A DNA stretch of 64,000 nucleotides from Octopus vulgaris (taxonomy: Eukaryota). The notes below the pieces were generated by a model that worked only from the letters and a program-made list of their open reading frames with translations, did no database searches and was not told the DNA's origin. The DNA lies in contig OX597828.1 of the NCBI GenBank assembly GCA_951406725.2, positions 71,424,001 to 71,488,000 of the forward strand. Direction: 5' to 3'. This document shows, one piece after another, positions 24,481 to 37,200 of the stretch. The position numbers and the translations under genes were made by a program. Position 1 is the stretch's first letter. Each line of letters begins with the position of its first letter.

Positions 24481-26189
24481 TCCAGTTCACAGCATTCTTC
24501 TATTTATTTTACTTCCCTTTACCATAACAGAGAAGTTTAAGGCTGACTGTAAATGGGAACTCCTGTATGTTTAACCCTTTAGTGTTCGCATTATTCTGCC
24601 AAAATTAATCCTTTTTTATTCACATTGTTTTGAACTAATCAGGCATTATCTTGGTGCTATGAGATTTTGATCTAGTTCTTATAGCTGGATTGGTCAAAGA
24701 TTTGGAGAAAAATTCCAAATATGGAAACCAAATCTAAATTAAAGATGTCTCACAGTAAACTTAGCAAAGATTAAAATCTAGTCAGTAGGAAAGAAAGCAA
24801 AACTTGCTATTATCAGACATGACTGCATTGGTGTATGAGATACATATTGAGGAGAACAGCTGTAGAAAGCAGTGTGGTGCATTCAGAGGGGATATAAGAA
24901 GGTGATCGAGGAAAACATGAGACAACATGGTGATGACCAGCTTGAGGAACCTGGCCCTTCTGAAGAAGATGACAAGGGAATGGAATGATTTGTGATATGC
25001 AGTGTTTGATAAACCCTGTCCACTGGTGAAAGCACAGTGAAACAAACACTGAATAGATGGTATTGATGTTGTGATCTATCCTTCCTAGGTTATTTATATC
25101 CCTTTAACATCCCCCCCTTCCCTCCACATTGGTATTTTCCATCAACCACTCTTCCCCCTTTGTTCATCACTTGCTACATTCACTCCTTTCTTCAATCATC
25201 TGTCACTCTCCCCTCACACTCTTATGAAACTCCTCGTCCCCTATGATCCACTGTCTGTGTCCTCTCTTCTTATACTTCTTGTACCTTGAGGGTTTTCTCT
25301 GGCATCCCAGCACTACCATCTTTATTTTCTTCCTAGCTACTCCCACCCACCATTAGATAATTGGAAATAGCCATGTACCTTCCCTACAGTAAGACACCTG
25401 TGTTTGTCCCTCTACCATACTTCAGCCTCTCAACACCCAACGTAAACACCACCTCCCCCGTCAATTACTCTCCCTTACCACTTAGTCAGGGAGAGCTTTT
25501 TCTTTTTTCTTTTCCCCTCTTCCTGTTCTGCAAATGAATCGACAACCTCACTAGTGCTGGTGGTATGAGAAAAACACCCAGTACACACTGTAAAGTGGTT
25601 GGCATTAAGAATGGTATCGAGGTATGGAAGCCATGCCAAAGCTAACAGTTGAGCCTGATGCAGCCCTGTGGCTTGATGTAGAGTCCAACCCATTCCAGCA
25701 TGGAAAACAGATATCCAACGATGACGATAATGGTGATGTCTGTCTGAATCCAGAGTTGGGTTTCTTATCTAATACATCCCTGTTATTCCTTCACCTATTT
25801 TGACCACCCCTTTCACACCCTTTAATCTCTCTATCAGACGCTCGTTTCTTCCCATCACTCAACTCTCTCCATTCACTGATGCCACTGCAACCAGGAAACA
25901 ACACCGAAGCGTCTCCCTTTTTCATCTCCCTGACACTCACCGCTGCTCTACTCCCTTTGTTCACTGCACCATGCGGTCCATGCAGCATAAAATTGTATTG
26001 GACACGTGCCCTATTCTACTACCACTCTAGGGTCGGATTAAGACTCATAAAAGCCCTAAACACTTAAAAGGGTGGCCCCATGTATATGCAATTCAAAATA
26101 TAAAAACCATAAGATAAATTATTAAACATTGATTAAACTATTAGGCGAATATTAACAATATTCAGTCGCATTAATCATGGTTACTCACA

Positions 26190-26574
26190 TCTTTATATAT
26201 AAAAGTAAGGTTGTGTGTCTGTCTCCTACGATTTAGATTCCTAACTATTCCCACATTTTGCGGTGCAGTGTAACCAAAACCGGGTATCTTATAGTCGTGA
26301 TTCATATCGAGCCCTTCTGGGTATTAGCGCGCGTCTACGATGAGTCTACGATTTAAAAAAAAATTACCATCATTTTTTTCCATTTGAATGCATTTTTTCG
26401 CTATTATATAAGGGAAGTAACTCTCTAAAAATGTCAACGATTTAAAAAAAATTTACCATAATTTTTTTTTCATTTTTAATGCATTTTTTTGCTATTTTTA
26501 GGCTATAACTCTCTAAAAATGCTTATATAGTTATTTCCCTTACAAACCCGAGCAACGCCGGTCGATACTGCTAG
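26190..26574 (+). mobile_element. Non-autonomous Helitron
   Basis: A|TCTTTATATATAAAAG 5' end, subterminal hairpin acccgagcaacgccgg, CTAG|T 3' end, no TSD. Confidence 0.85.
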
Positions 26575-26849
26575 TACAATATAAAGTACACGTAATTACA
26601 TAACAGCACTGGCGTACGAACACGCACGCACGCTCAAAATACGTTGTTTCTCAACTTCATTAATCTTTTAAATGATTAATATTGAAATTAAAAACAGAAA
26701 ATATTTTAATCCAAAGAAAAGAAACTTCATTGGGTTCCGTGAATGAATATCTCTGCCGAAATATCGAACAAATTGGGACAAGAAGCAACTTCACGAAATA
26801 TATATAAACATTTGAAAGTTTTATAGTAATTTCGGCATAACCACATAAA

Positions 26850-27200
26850 AGAGTTTGATTTCCCCATAGCTTCCAGAAAAATGGATATTTGTAATGAAGT
26901 TTTCTACAAATTCCTCCTAGATAAGGTGGATGAAGATTATATCGGAATTTAATGCCAAAAACAATCGAGGGCGCGCACACATACGCACTGACACACACCA
27001 CATACCTTAAAATGAAACTCGAAATTTTGAAAAAAATTATGTGATTTGTTTCAGTGTGAAATGTGCGCGCGCTCAGTATTATTATTTTTTTACATTAAAT
27101 TCCAATATAATCGTAACCTATACGACCAGAAAGTTGCTTGTACAAAATTTCATTATAAAATATCAAATTTTCTGGAAGTTATGAGGAAAAAAAGTCAGGG
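26850..27200. repeat. Unclassified interspersed repeat with inverted ends (cataacttccagaaaaatggatat.. / ..ttctggaagttatgagg)
   Basis: The same motifs recur at about 7945-8190, 30395-30880 and 34235-34430. Confidence 0.55.
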
Positions 27201-27769
27201 CGGCACAGTTGTGTTGGTATGCTTCCAAGCAAAAGTAATTTTCTGTCCGGGTTGATAAAATTACTTATGATCCAACGAATTTTGAAATGTTTGAATAATA
27301 GACACTCACTCTGACTATTTCACTTCTTCATTTTTTATTAATCATTTGGTTAACCAAATCGTTCGGTCAGCTACGTTTGTGAAAGTCCTACTGTCATCGT
27401 TCGCGATCCCATCATCGACATGCTCGCTTTACTCCAAGTCTGTCTCCTAGTTTACAAGTTCTATATTTATATTTATATGGACGTGATTGAGAAATCCTCG
27501 TGAGATACAACAAAATGCATTTCAACGCACGGATCTTGCAAAACCAAATACAAAACCCTAAACATTTGAAAAATACGGAAAAATAAAATAAAAATATGAC
27601 TAGATGGTTACGTGTGAAAATCTGGTAGGAATCGAAACCTTTACGTCGAGTACTTGCTTTTTTTGGTATGTATTGTAGTTTATAAGCTTACTACACTCAA
27701 TAGAATATAGTCTTGGATAGAGAGACAAATGCAGCAGAGATAAGGGAGGAGGTGTGCTGGTTCTTAACA

Positions 27770-28070
27770 CGATCGTTTGACAGTGACTTTACAATGACAG
27801 AGTGTAGCTGTCATTTTTACTGACTCATCGATTTGCCTGTCACACAGCAGCCAGTCACAAATACACGCAATTAAGTTCACAGCTTTCCTCCTTTACAGCC
27901 ACAATATGCCGTGGCGATTTGCTGTCATCTCATTCATTCATTGATTAAATTTTCAATAATAAACAACCTTTCTTTTCCCTTCTTTTGCCAACCAATTCAC
28001 TTTGTAATCATTTGACACATGTGCGTCATTAAGCGAGCTGTTTCTCACGTGATTCGGTTCCTCCAATCAG
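27770..28070 (+). promoter_or_regulatory. Putative promoter of cassette 4
   Basis: Repeat-free. Five TGACAG/CTGTCA sites (27778, 27795, 27808, 27837, 27922), TGACTCA at 27821, TCACGTGA at 28045 and CCAAT at 28063, just upstream of ATG 28117. Confidence 0.35.
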
Positions 28071-28116
28071 ATGCAAGAGTTAGATATACGACAGTTTCTC
28101 GGGAATTTTGGTGATC

Positions 28117-29334
28117 ATGTCGGATGTAGCTGACTCAAAGCCATTACCGTCTTCGCTTACGCAATCCTTTATGAATGACTTCAACGCTGATATTGTTAGC
28201 AGAACCAAAAGCGATAAAAATGTTCTGTTAGTTGCAGATGATCCCCCTCCTGCAATGAATTCTATAAACTTCATAAACCTAGACGAATGCAACCAGCTGG
28301 CTGGTTCGAGGAACACTAAACGGGTCACCGCCAGTTCTGTTAAATTGTTTCGAGCCTTTTTAAAGGAGACCAATAATGGAAGGACTGATTTTGAAAATTT
28401 TGATGAAGAAATCCTTATCAATCATTTGATAACTTTTTTTAAGCGGGTAAGAAAACCAGATGGTGATCTCTATACGAAGAATGGTTTGCTGTCAATTCGT
28501 TTCGGACTCAGAAGGCGCTTGTTAGACTTACGTAAAGTTGATATTACTAAGCACCCTCACCTTAATTCAGTTTTTACTGCTCAGATCAATAAATTGAAAC
28601 GAGAAGGCAAAGGAGATATAAACCATTACCCTCCCATTAGTCACGATGACATGTTCAAAATTTATAGTTCAGGGATTTTGTCACCCGACACGCCGAAAGG
28701 GTTGTTAAGGAAGATTTTCTTTGAAACTGAAATGTTTTTTTGTCGACGAAGTAGAGAAAACCTAAGGGATTTGAAAGGAAGTCACTTTAAAATTGAAACC
28801 GACGATCAGGGCAAAAAATATTTGACCACAGATTTTGATCCATCATTTGGTGGTGGACCAATCAAACGGATTTATGAAACTGGCACAGACATATGTCCCG
28901 TGAAAGCTTTCCGCAAGTTTTTGCTGAAACGTCATTCTAGCTGTGAGGCGTTATTTCAACGTCCCGTGGATATAATTCCGTTTTCTGAGCAGGATCCTTG
29001 GTTCCATTGTTCAGCTCTCGGCCTCAATAAACTCGCCAACATGATGAGAGAAATTTCTTCAGAAGCCTGCCTATCCAAGATATATACAAATCATTCCATA
29101 AGAGCTACCTCAAAATCGGTCTTTGATCTCGTCTGGAACGGGCTCTTCTCGCAGAATTCAGCGAATCCAATAGCACCTGCCTCTAGTGAGATCAGCAATA
29201 TTAGTGACACAACTTCTGTTTCAAGAGAGAAGCCAGGGCAGCAACGGTCATCGTCATCTCAAGGAAATGAAACTGATATCGATTTGAAATCGAACTTAGA
29301 CATACAAGAAATTGAAAGGAAACACGCCCCTGTG
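28117..29334 (+). CDS. Cassette exon 4: Crypton tyrosine-recombinase-derived DUF3504-like domain (KCTD1/KIAA1958/ZMYM/QRICH1-like; 406 aa), phase-0 donor
   Basis: SRNTKRVT..FF..VRKPDGDLY..LLSIRFGLRR..FCRRSRENLR..CPVKAF..LFQRP..W...LGLNKLANMMREIS..YTNHSIRAT. In-frame TAG at 28081. Ends GTG|GTGAGT at a codon boundary. No TE termini seen. Confidence 0.88.
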
Positions 29335-30883
29335 GTGAGTTCTTCATTAATACTCATCTTTATAAAACAGACCCCCATCTCTACTTCTTCACATGTTGCA
29401 CCTTGTTTCTCTTCCACGGTCCTCCAGTCTTCTAATTTCACCTCTTTTATGACTCGTCGTAAATTAAGTGACGTCACAAATTTGGTCTTAACTGACATTG
29501 ATATACCAATAACGAAAGCAGTCTTAAGACTGAATCACACTCAAATATAACTGGGTGTGACCTAGATATTAAGCTACTATTTCTTGCAGATTGAGCGACC
29601 ACTATACTCTTCGAATCGGGTATAGTGATGTATAGAGTGAAAGAAGTTGCGGCTATTATGCCTTTCCGTAATCCTTACTACAAACAATAACTGTAACATG
29701 TAATATGCCCACACTCTGATGTATACCAGCCAATGTATCATTTGAGTAAGGTGAAGGGTTCCATATGTGTTGCTCTTGTTTAGCCCAAGGTCAACTTCAT
29801 TGAGGCAACCTGTAATCAGAGCCTTTCCGACTGTGACAATTTCGTGTTTTTTTACTTAAAACGAAATTCAGCCACTGTGTATCGAGGGTAAACCCTACCA
29901 TCTTAAGGGTGGGGGGGGAGAGAACTGTGTTTCTTTTCTTTAAAACGGTGAGGATATAATCTGAAGAAGAGCTGACTATTATTTCTAGCAGGCCGAGTGT
30001 CCACGTAGAGGGTCGACCTGCAAGAAATTGGGGGTTTAGTGGTATAAAAAAGTGTGGGTTGTATTGTGATAGGAGGGTGGGCGATATAGGTGTGCGAGGG
30101 CCCTATTATTGTTGTTGGGAGGAGTGGTGGGGTTTAGCTCCCCCAGGTCAACTCTGATTGAGCAGATTTTTTTCCCAAAGACATTTCAAACGTGACCATC
30201 CCGTCTTTCTTAAATACAGGCAACCGAAGACGTCATCTAACGGAGCCAGTTTAAAGATGATAAGGCGTGATTTGAGGGAGATTTAGTTGCTATTTCTAGC
30301 AGATCTAGCTACAATGAAAAAGTGTCCTTTGGACCGAGTGCAGGGATGGATAGGGAAGAGATATTACCTATACAAGTGTGCTCCCCACCGACTTTGTTTC
30401 CTCATAACTTCCAGAAAAATGGATATTGTTTAATGAAATTTTCTACAAATATGCTTCAGACGATACAGTTTTCGATTACATCGGAATTTGTTGTTAAAAA
30501 AAGTTTTTCCGAGGGTAGGGAGATGGATTTCGGAAAATACACAAGAATTAGCTCTGGTTTCTCATAACTTAACGAAAAATGGATATTTTTTTAATGAAAT
30601 TTTCAATAAATGCTTTTCAGATCGTGTATATTACGATTATATCAGAATTTAAACCCTAATCCTAATCCCCTCCCCAAAAGACAAAAACTGGTGGGTGTGC
30701 ACATATACTTACTGACACATCACGAAATGAAACTTGAAATTTCGTAAAAATTGTGACGTGTGCCAAGTATGTGTGTGTGTGTGTGTGTGTTTACCGTTTT
30801 GTTTTCATATCAAATTCCGATTTAATCGTAATTTACAATTATCTAGAAGGTACTTGTAGGAAATTTCATAGAAAAAAAAGTTA

Positions 30884-31304
30884 GGCGATCTTTCGTCTCT
30901 CGTAGACCTTTCCGTCGATTTCCGTAAAAAATTTTTTTTTTTTTTTACATATGGGCTTGCGGGAACTTTTGAAGTAATATACATACATATATACACATAC
31001 ACCGAGTAAAAAATTTCAGTTATCTCTTTCTTTCACACATTACTGTCTCTTCACACACACTAACAGAAGCACTTCACTTACACAACATACTGTCTGTCTC
31101 CCACACTCCATCAAACACACACATGTACATCAATGCTTCACATGCACGGTAACTTCAAAAGAACTTCCCTCGTCATACAATCGCTTTCTCTTAGTCTCTT
31201 TCGCTCTCATTACTTCAAAAGTTCCCGCAAGCCCATATGTAAAAAAAAAAAAAAAAATTTTTACGTAAATCGACGGAAAGGTCTACTAGAGACGAAAGAT
31301 TGCC
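30884..31304. mobile_element. MITE with ~95-bp TIRs (GGCRA ends, ~8-bp TSD; Merlin-like)
   Basis: ggcgatctttcgtctc..gggaacttttgaagtaat vs attacttcaaaagttccc..gacgaaagattgcc. Flanks aaaagtta/aaaaggta. Confidence 0.7.
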
Positions 31305-31318
31305 AAAAGGTACCATTT

Positions 31319-34012
31319 GGTACTTGTCAATTGTCGTGGTCCCGGTTTTGCACACGCGAATTCGCGCGTGCGCGCGCGCCAGACGTAGGTACTCGATACT
31401 CGAGATCCTACGAGGTGACTTGCGCATGCGCAGTGCAGAATTCGCGCGTGCGCGTTAAACCCCCCCCCTAAAAAAAAAGGTGTTGGATTTCACTAAAAAT
31501 ATATGTGTGTGTGTGTGTGTGTGTGTATATATAACATTTTCAATTTTACACAAAAAAATTACATAGTCGCTTTCCTCGCGGATTTACAGAGAAATGAATT
31601 AATTACTATTTTACAGAATAAAATTAATGAATTAATTATATAAATTAAATAATTCTTGAAAATTAATTAATATTAATAATATTTTTTGAACAAAGTAAAT
31701 AATTTATAAAACTTGGTTAATAATTTTTTTTACACAAACGCGAACGTATATAATTTGTGAAACTTTTTTTTTTACAGACGTATATAATTTGGTAAACTTA
31801 ATGAATTAATTTCTTCTCATCATCATCATCGTTTAACGTCCGTTCTCCATGCCAGCATGGGTTGGACGGTTCGACCGGGGATCTGGGAAGCCAGAAGGCT
31901 GCACCAGACTCCAGTCTTATCTGGCAATGTTTCTACAGCTGGATGCCCTTCCTAACGCCAACCACTCCGAGAGTGTAGTGGGTGCTTTTACATGCCACCC
32001 GCACAGGTGCCAGGCGAGGCTGGCAACGGCCACGGTCGGATTGGTGCCAGTCGAGGCGGCTCTGGCATCGGCCACGATTCGGATAGTGCTTTTTACGTAC
32101 CACCAGTCCAGGGGTCCTGGCATTTGCCGGGTGCCACACTTGCCCCAACATGTCTTCGCAAGCAAAGGGGGTTGGCATGGGTGCCTGTCGTGGGATGAGG
32201 TTCGATATCAACTTCGCTTGCCTCAACAGGTCTTTGTGTATAAATGTATAAATTTTTCGCACTAAATTCTTTCCGTAGAATTTATAAAAAAACGCGCAAA
32301 ATTATTCCGTAGACTTTATCAAATTAAAAAACGCAAAATTAATATATTTTTTGAAATTGCAAATTATTTAGAATATAAAACAAATTAAGTTAAATTTTAA
32401 AAATAAATGTCATATACTTATACTCTGTAAGGTGCTGTGTTCACACTTCAATTTACTATTTTCTAGAAATGTTGCTTTTCTAATTGAAACAATTTTTCTC
32501 AATCTCCATTTAAAAGTCCATAATGCCTCTTGAGCCATATCAAAATGAACAACTTTGAATTACCCGGGGTGTGGTGGTGGTGGTGGTGTGAGGTTCTAAT
32601 TTTTTTTCTGATCTCTCTTTGCCCCCTCTTTATCTCAGTTGTTCATTCAGCTAATATTTAGAAAAATTTTCGCGCCCAATTTTTGTTGTCGCGGGAAAAG
32701 ATGAACGATTTAAAATAAATATATCTTAATTGTAGTGTGAGAAAGTATATATATTCTGATGACAAAATATATTATCTTTCAAAAACATCCCAAATTTATA
32801 GACTATATCGTGTAGGCTTAAGAAATATATATATATATATATATATATAGATATAGATATATATATACATATATAGTAGAGAATGAAACATCTTTCATCT
32901 GTCTCCCCACCACACCTCCATCTAGGGGGGCAAAGAGAGATCAGAAAAAAAAATTAGAACCTCACACCACCACCACCGGGTAATTCAAAGTTGTTCATTT
33001 TGATATGGCTCAAGAGGCATTATGGACTTTTAAATGGAGATTGAGAAAAATTGTTTCAATTAGAAAAGCAACATTTCTAGAAAATAGTAAATTGAAGTGT
33101 GAACACAGCACCTTACAGAGTATAAGTATATGACATTTATTTTTAAAATTTAACTTAATTTGTTTTATATTCTAAATAATTTGCAATTTCAAAAAATATA
33201 TTAATTTTGCGTTTTTTAATTTGATAAAGTCTACGGAATAATTTTGCGCGTTTTTTTATAAATTCTACGGAAAGAATTTAGTGCGAAAAATTTATACATT
33301 TATACACAAAGACCTGTTGAGGCAAGCGAAGTTGATATCGAACCTCATCCCACGACAGGCACCCATGCCAACCCCCTTTGCTTGCGAAGACATGTTGGGG
33401 CAAGTGTGGCACCCGGCAAATGCCAGGACCCCTGGACTGGTGGTACGTAAAAAGCACTATCCGAATCGTGGCCGATGCCAGAGCCGCCTCGACTGGCACC
33501 AATCCGACCGTGGCCGTTGCCAGCCTCTCCTGGCACCTGTGCGGGTGGCATGTAAAAAGCACCCACTACACTCTCGGAGTGGTTGGCGTTAGGAAGGGCA
33601 TCCAGCTGTAGAAACATTGCCAGATAAGACTGGAGTCTGGTGCAGCCTTCTGGCTTCCCAGATCCCCGGTCGAACCGTCCAACCCATGCTGGCATGGAGA
33701 ACGGACGTTAAACGATGATGATGATGAGAAGAAATTAATTCATTAAGTTTACCAAATTATATACGTCTGTAAAAAAAAAAAAGTTTCACAAATTATATAC
33801 GTTCGCGTTTGTGTAAAAAAAATTATTAACCAAGTTTTATAAATTATTTACTTTGTTCAAAAAATATTATTAATATTAATTAATTTTCAAGAATTATTTA
33901 ATTTATATAATTAATTCATTAATTTTATTCTGTAAAATAGTAATTAATTCATTTCTCTGTAAATCCGCGAGGAAAGCGACTATGTAATTTTTTTGTGTAA
34001 AATTGAAAATGT

Positions 34013-34044
<32 letters not shown>

Positions 34045-34229
34045 TATATTTTTAGTGAAATCCAACACCTTTTTTTTTAGGGGGGGGGGTTAACGCGCAC
34101 GCGCGAATTCTGCACTGCGCATGCGCAAGTCACCTCGTAGGATCTCGAGTATCGAGTACCTACGTCTGGCGCGCGCGCGCGCGCGAATTCGCGTGTGCAA
34201 AACCGGGACCACGACAATTGACAAGTACC
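31319..34229. mobile_element. Foldback-type non-autonomous DNA transposon: ~1.3-kb near-perfect inverted arms, ~300-bp spacer, 9-bp TSD (MULE- or Merlin-like)
   Basis: Arms 31319-32626 and 32926-34229 (ggtacttgtcaattgtcg.. / ..cgacaattgacaagtacc). TSD gtaccattt at 31310-31318 and 34230-34238. Both arms carry the same family B retroposon. Confidence 0.92.
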
Positions 34230-37200
34230 GTACCATTTTTCTGAAAGTTATGAGGAAACAAAGCTAACAAGTGTTAATTTTCAGAAACTGCCCCCCCCCC
34301 ACCACCTCGGTAAACATTTTAAACAACAATTCCGATATAATCGTGTCTACATCATCTGAAGCGTATTAAAAAAAAATCATTAAAAAAAATATTCATTTTT
34401 CTGGAAGTTTTGAGGAAACAAAATCGGGGTATGGTTGGGGTATGCCACACACACACATAATGTAAAGAAGTGGTACGAATGTATATTGTGGTAGGTAGAG
34501 GGTGAATACTCTGGTACAGTGTACTATATAATAAAGTAGAAGAAAAATAAATAAAGTCGGTGCTTCAGCATGGCCGCAGTCTGGTGATTGAAACCATTAA
34601 AAGAATAAAGGAATGCGTGTGTAAAATGGTTTTGTTAAGGCAGGCCAGTCCTGAGTGAGTGGAACTATGATCAGAGGCATGCCATCGATGACCATCTCGT
34701 CTTTTTCTCATGTGTAGGTAACGTAGAGCCACAGTATCGAATGGATCCTTTTCTAAAACGTTAGGGTATGTGCTTTGGCTGCTATTTCTAGCGGGTCTTG
34801 TGACCACATGAAATTCCCGCCGCATGTGTGTAATAGACGTACGATTTAGTAAAGGGGGCAAATTTTTACGAGTACACCCCCCCTCCACGCGGTTCACTAA
34901 GTAAAATAAAATCCCTCGGATTTACCGTAGTGTGGAGATATGTAACAGGGTGGAGAGGCAGTGTGTGTCCGTGTCCCTTATCGTTCACTTGTTTCAGTCA
35001 TTAGACCATAGCCATGTTGGGGCACTGCCTCGAAGAGTTTAGTCGGGTGTATCGATCCCAGGTACCGAATTATTTAAGCTTGGGTTCGATGGCCACCCGT
35101 CTAACTTACGAGAAAGTAAACAAACTTACGTGCGCACACGTAAATACGACGGGCTTCTTTCAGTTTCCGTCTACCAAATCCACTCACAAGGCTTTGGTCG
35201 GTTCGTGGCTATAGTAGAAGACACGTGCCCAAGGTGCCACGCAGTGGGACTGAACCCGGAACCACGTGGTTGGGAAGCAAACCTCTTTCCACACTTCTTA
35301 CACACACACACACACACACACACTTAGTAATTAGCGTCTAGCGATGTTGGATGTACGGAGGAGCGTGTATATATAGCCTTGTGTATATATCAAACTGTGT
35401 ACTAGCGTGTTGTTTATCTGCTCTTATTTCAGTCCCGAGTAAAGCTATGACAGCAAGATTCCAACCATGACCATCCTGTCTTTTTATATATCAGTGACTA
35501 CATGTGCTTCCCTTTTCTTCACGACTCTAAGGTACTATTTGGCTGCTATTTCTTGCAGTTCAAGCTTACCACGTAGAAACACCCTTGTTGGCTTGTAGTG
35601 TCGTGGTGTGTGTCTCTGTGTAGTTGTGTATGCATATTGGTGGTGTGTGTGTGCGCGTATGTACATACAGTTGTGTGTATAGTGAGGTGAGTGCTGTGTG
35701 TGTATATATTGGTGTGTGTGTGTGAAGCTCTGTATGTATGTATATATGTGTGTGTATGTGTAATATGTGTGTGTGTATATATATGTGTGTGTGTGTATAT
35801 ATATGTGTGTGTGTATATATATATGTGTGTGTGTATGTATATATATATATCATCATCATCATCGTTTAGCGTCTGTTTTCCATGCTAGCATGGGTTATAT
35901 ATATATAGATATATATATATAATGTGATTGTGTAGTGGTGTTTCTATGTAGTTGTGTATATTGGTATGTATGTGTAGCTGTGTGTGTGTAGTGCTATGAG
36001 TTCAGTGATGTCTTTGTACAGGTGTGTCTGTGTTTGGGTATTTAGAGGTGTATGTATAGCTATGTTTGTTGTGTATATGAGTGTATATGATGTAGTAATG
36101 TGTGTGTGTGTGTGTGTCGAGTCAGATGATGATAAGGCCCCCCAAAATCACAAATTGTGTCAGTCAGGTGTCTAAGGTATTGATTAATCAGTTTAGGACA
36201 GATTGATTTGATCAGCATTAGTTTCAAGATTTGGCGCAAGGCCAGCAATTTCGGGAGAGGCGGGGACTAGTTGACCCCCAATGCTTGACCTGTACTTATT
36301 TTATCGACCCTGAAAGGAGCAAAGTCAACTCCAGTGGAATTTGAACTCAGAACGTAAGGATGGGTGAAATGCTGTGAAGCATACTGCCCAGTGAGCTAAC
36401 GTTTCTGCCAGCTTGCCGCCTTTCATTTGATCAATATCAATTAATATTGATTAAGGCAGTGAACTGGCATTTTGGCCATCTTTGCAAAGGTGGCGAGCTG
36501 GCTGAGTTGTTAGAACGCCAGGCAAAATGCTTAGTAGTATTTCGTCTGTCACTATATTCTGAGTTCAAATTCCGCCATGGTCGACTTTGCCTTTCATCCT
36601 TTCGGGGTCGATAAATCAAGTACCAGTTGAGTACTGGGGTTGATGTAATCAACTATCCCCCTCCCCCAAATTTCAGGCCTTGTACCTCCAGGAGAAAGAA
36701 TTTTGTCCATCTTTACATTCTGAGTTCAAATTCTACCAGGGTCAAATTTGTCTTTCATCCATTTGGGGGTCGATAAAATAGATACCAGTTGAGCATTGGG
36801 GTTGATGTAATTGACTTATACCCTCCCCCAAACTTGCAGGCCTTGTGCCAAAATTTGAAACCAATATAAATAACTTGATTTGATTATCTCCCCTTATTTA
36901 GTGTGCATGTATGTGGGGGAGGGGTGGACATACTAACAGTAAGGACTAAACTCTGCCCCACCCCACAAAAAAAAACGGGTCCTTATTTTGTTGAAGGAAA
37001 TGTATCTGCTACAGTCACTTGCTAGATAGATAACCATTATATAGTTGCATATAATGGTTATCTATTTAGAAGGCTGATCTGGGCCTTATTTTTAAACAAT
37101 GTAATTTGTTATAGGGGTCTGAAATAATTCACTGCTGTTACAAGTGGGTTGTGAGGTTTGGTAGAAGATCTCTAATAAAAAGGGTCAGTGCAGTGGGTTG

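Noticed and set aside
28108-29550. Active phage-like integrase or autonomous Crypton; full ORF lengths of 480 aa and 439 aa (49503..50822)
   Set aside because: Catalytic His/Tyr are missing and no element termini are seen. The ORF tails after 29334 and 50690 are low-complexity sequence following strong donors, best read as intron read-through.
29580-29625. Acceptor tttcttgcag| just downstream of cassette 4
   Set aside because: Part of a common repeat motif (gctatttctagcagg..) seen many times in the window, with no downstream donor in frame.
31849-33695. Mirror-image ORFs of 68-138 aa on both strands
   Set aside because: Translations of the retroposon copy present in both arms of the foldback element; not genes.
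35566-36250. ORFs rich in HT/YI/VC dipeptides (also 39381-39702, 46280-46641, 59389-59841)
   Set aside because: Translations of (CA)n/(TA)n microsatellites.
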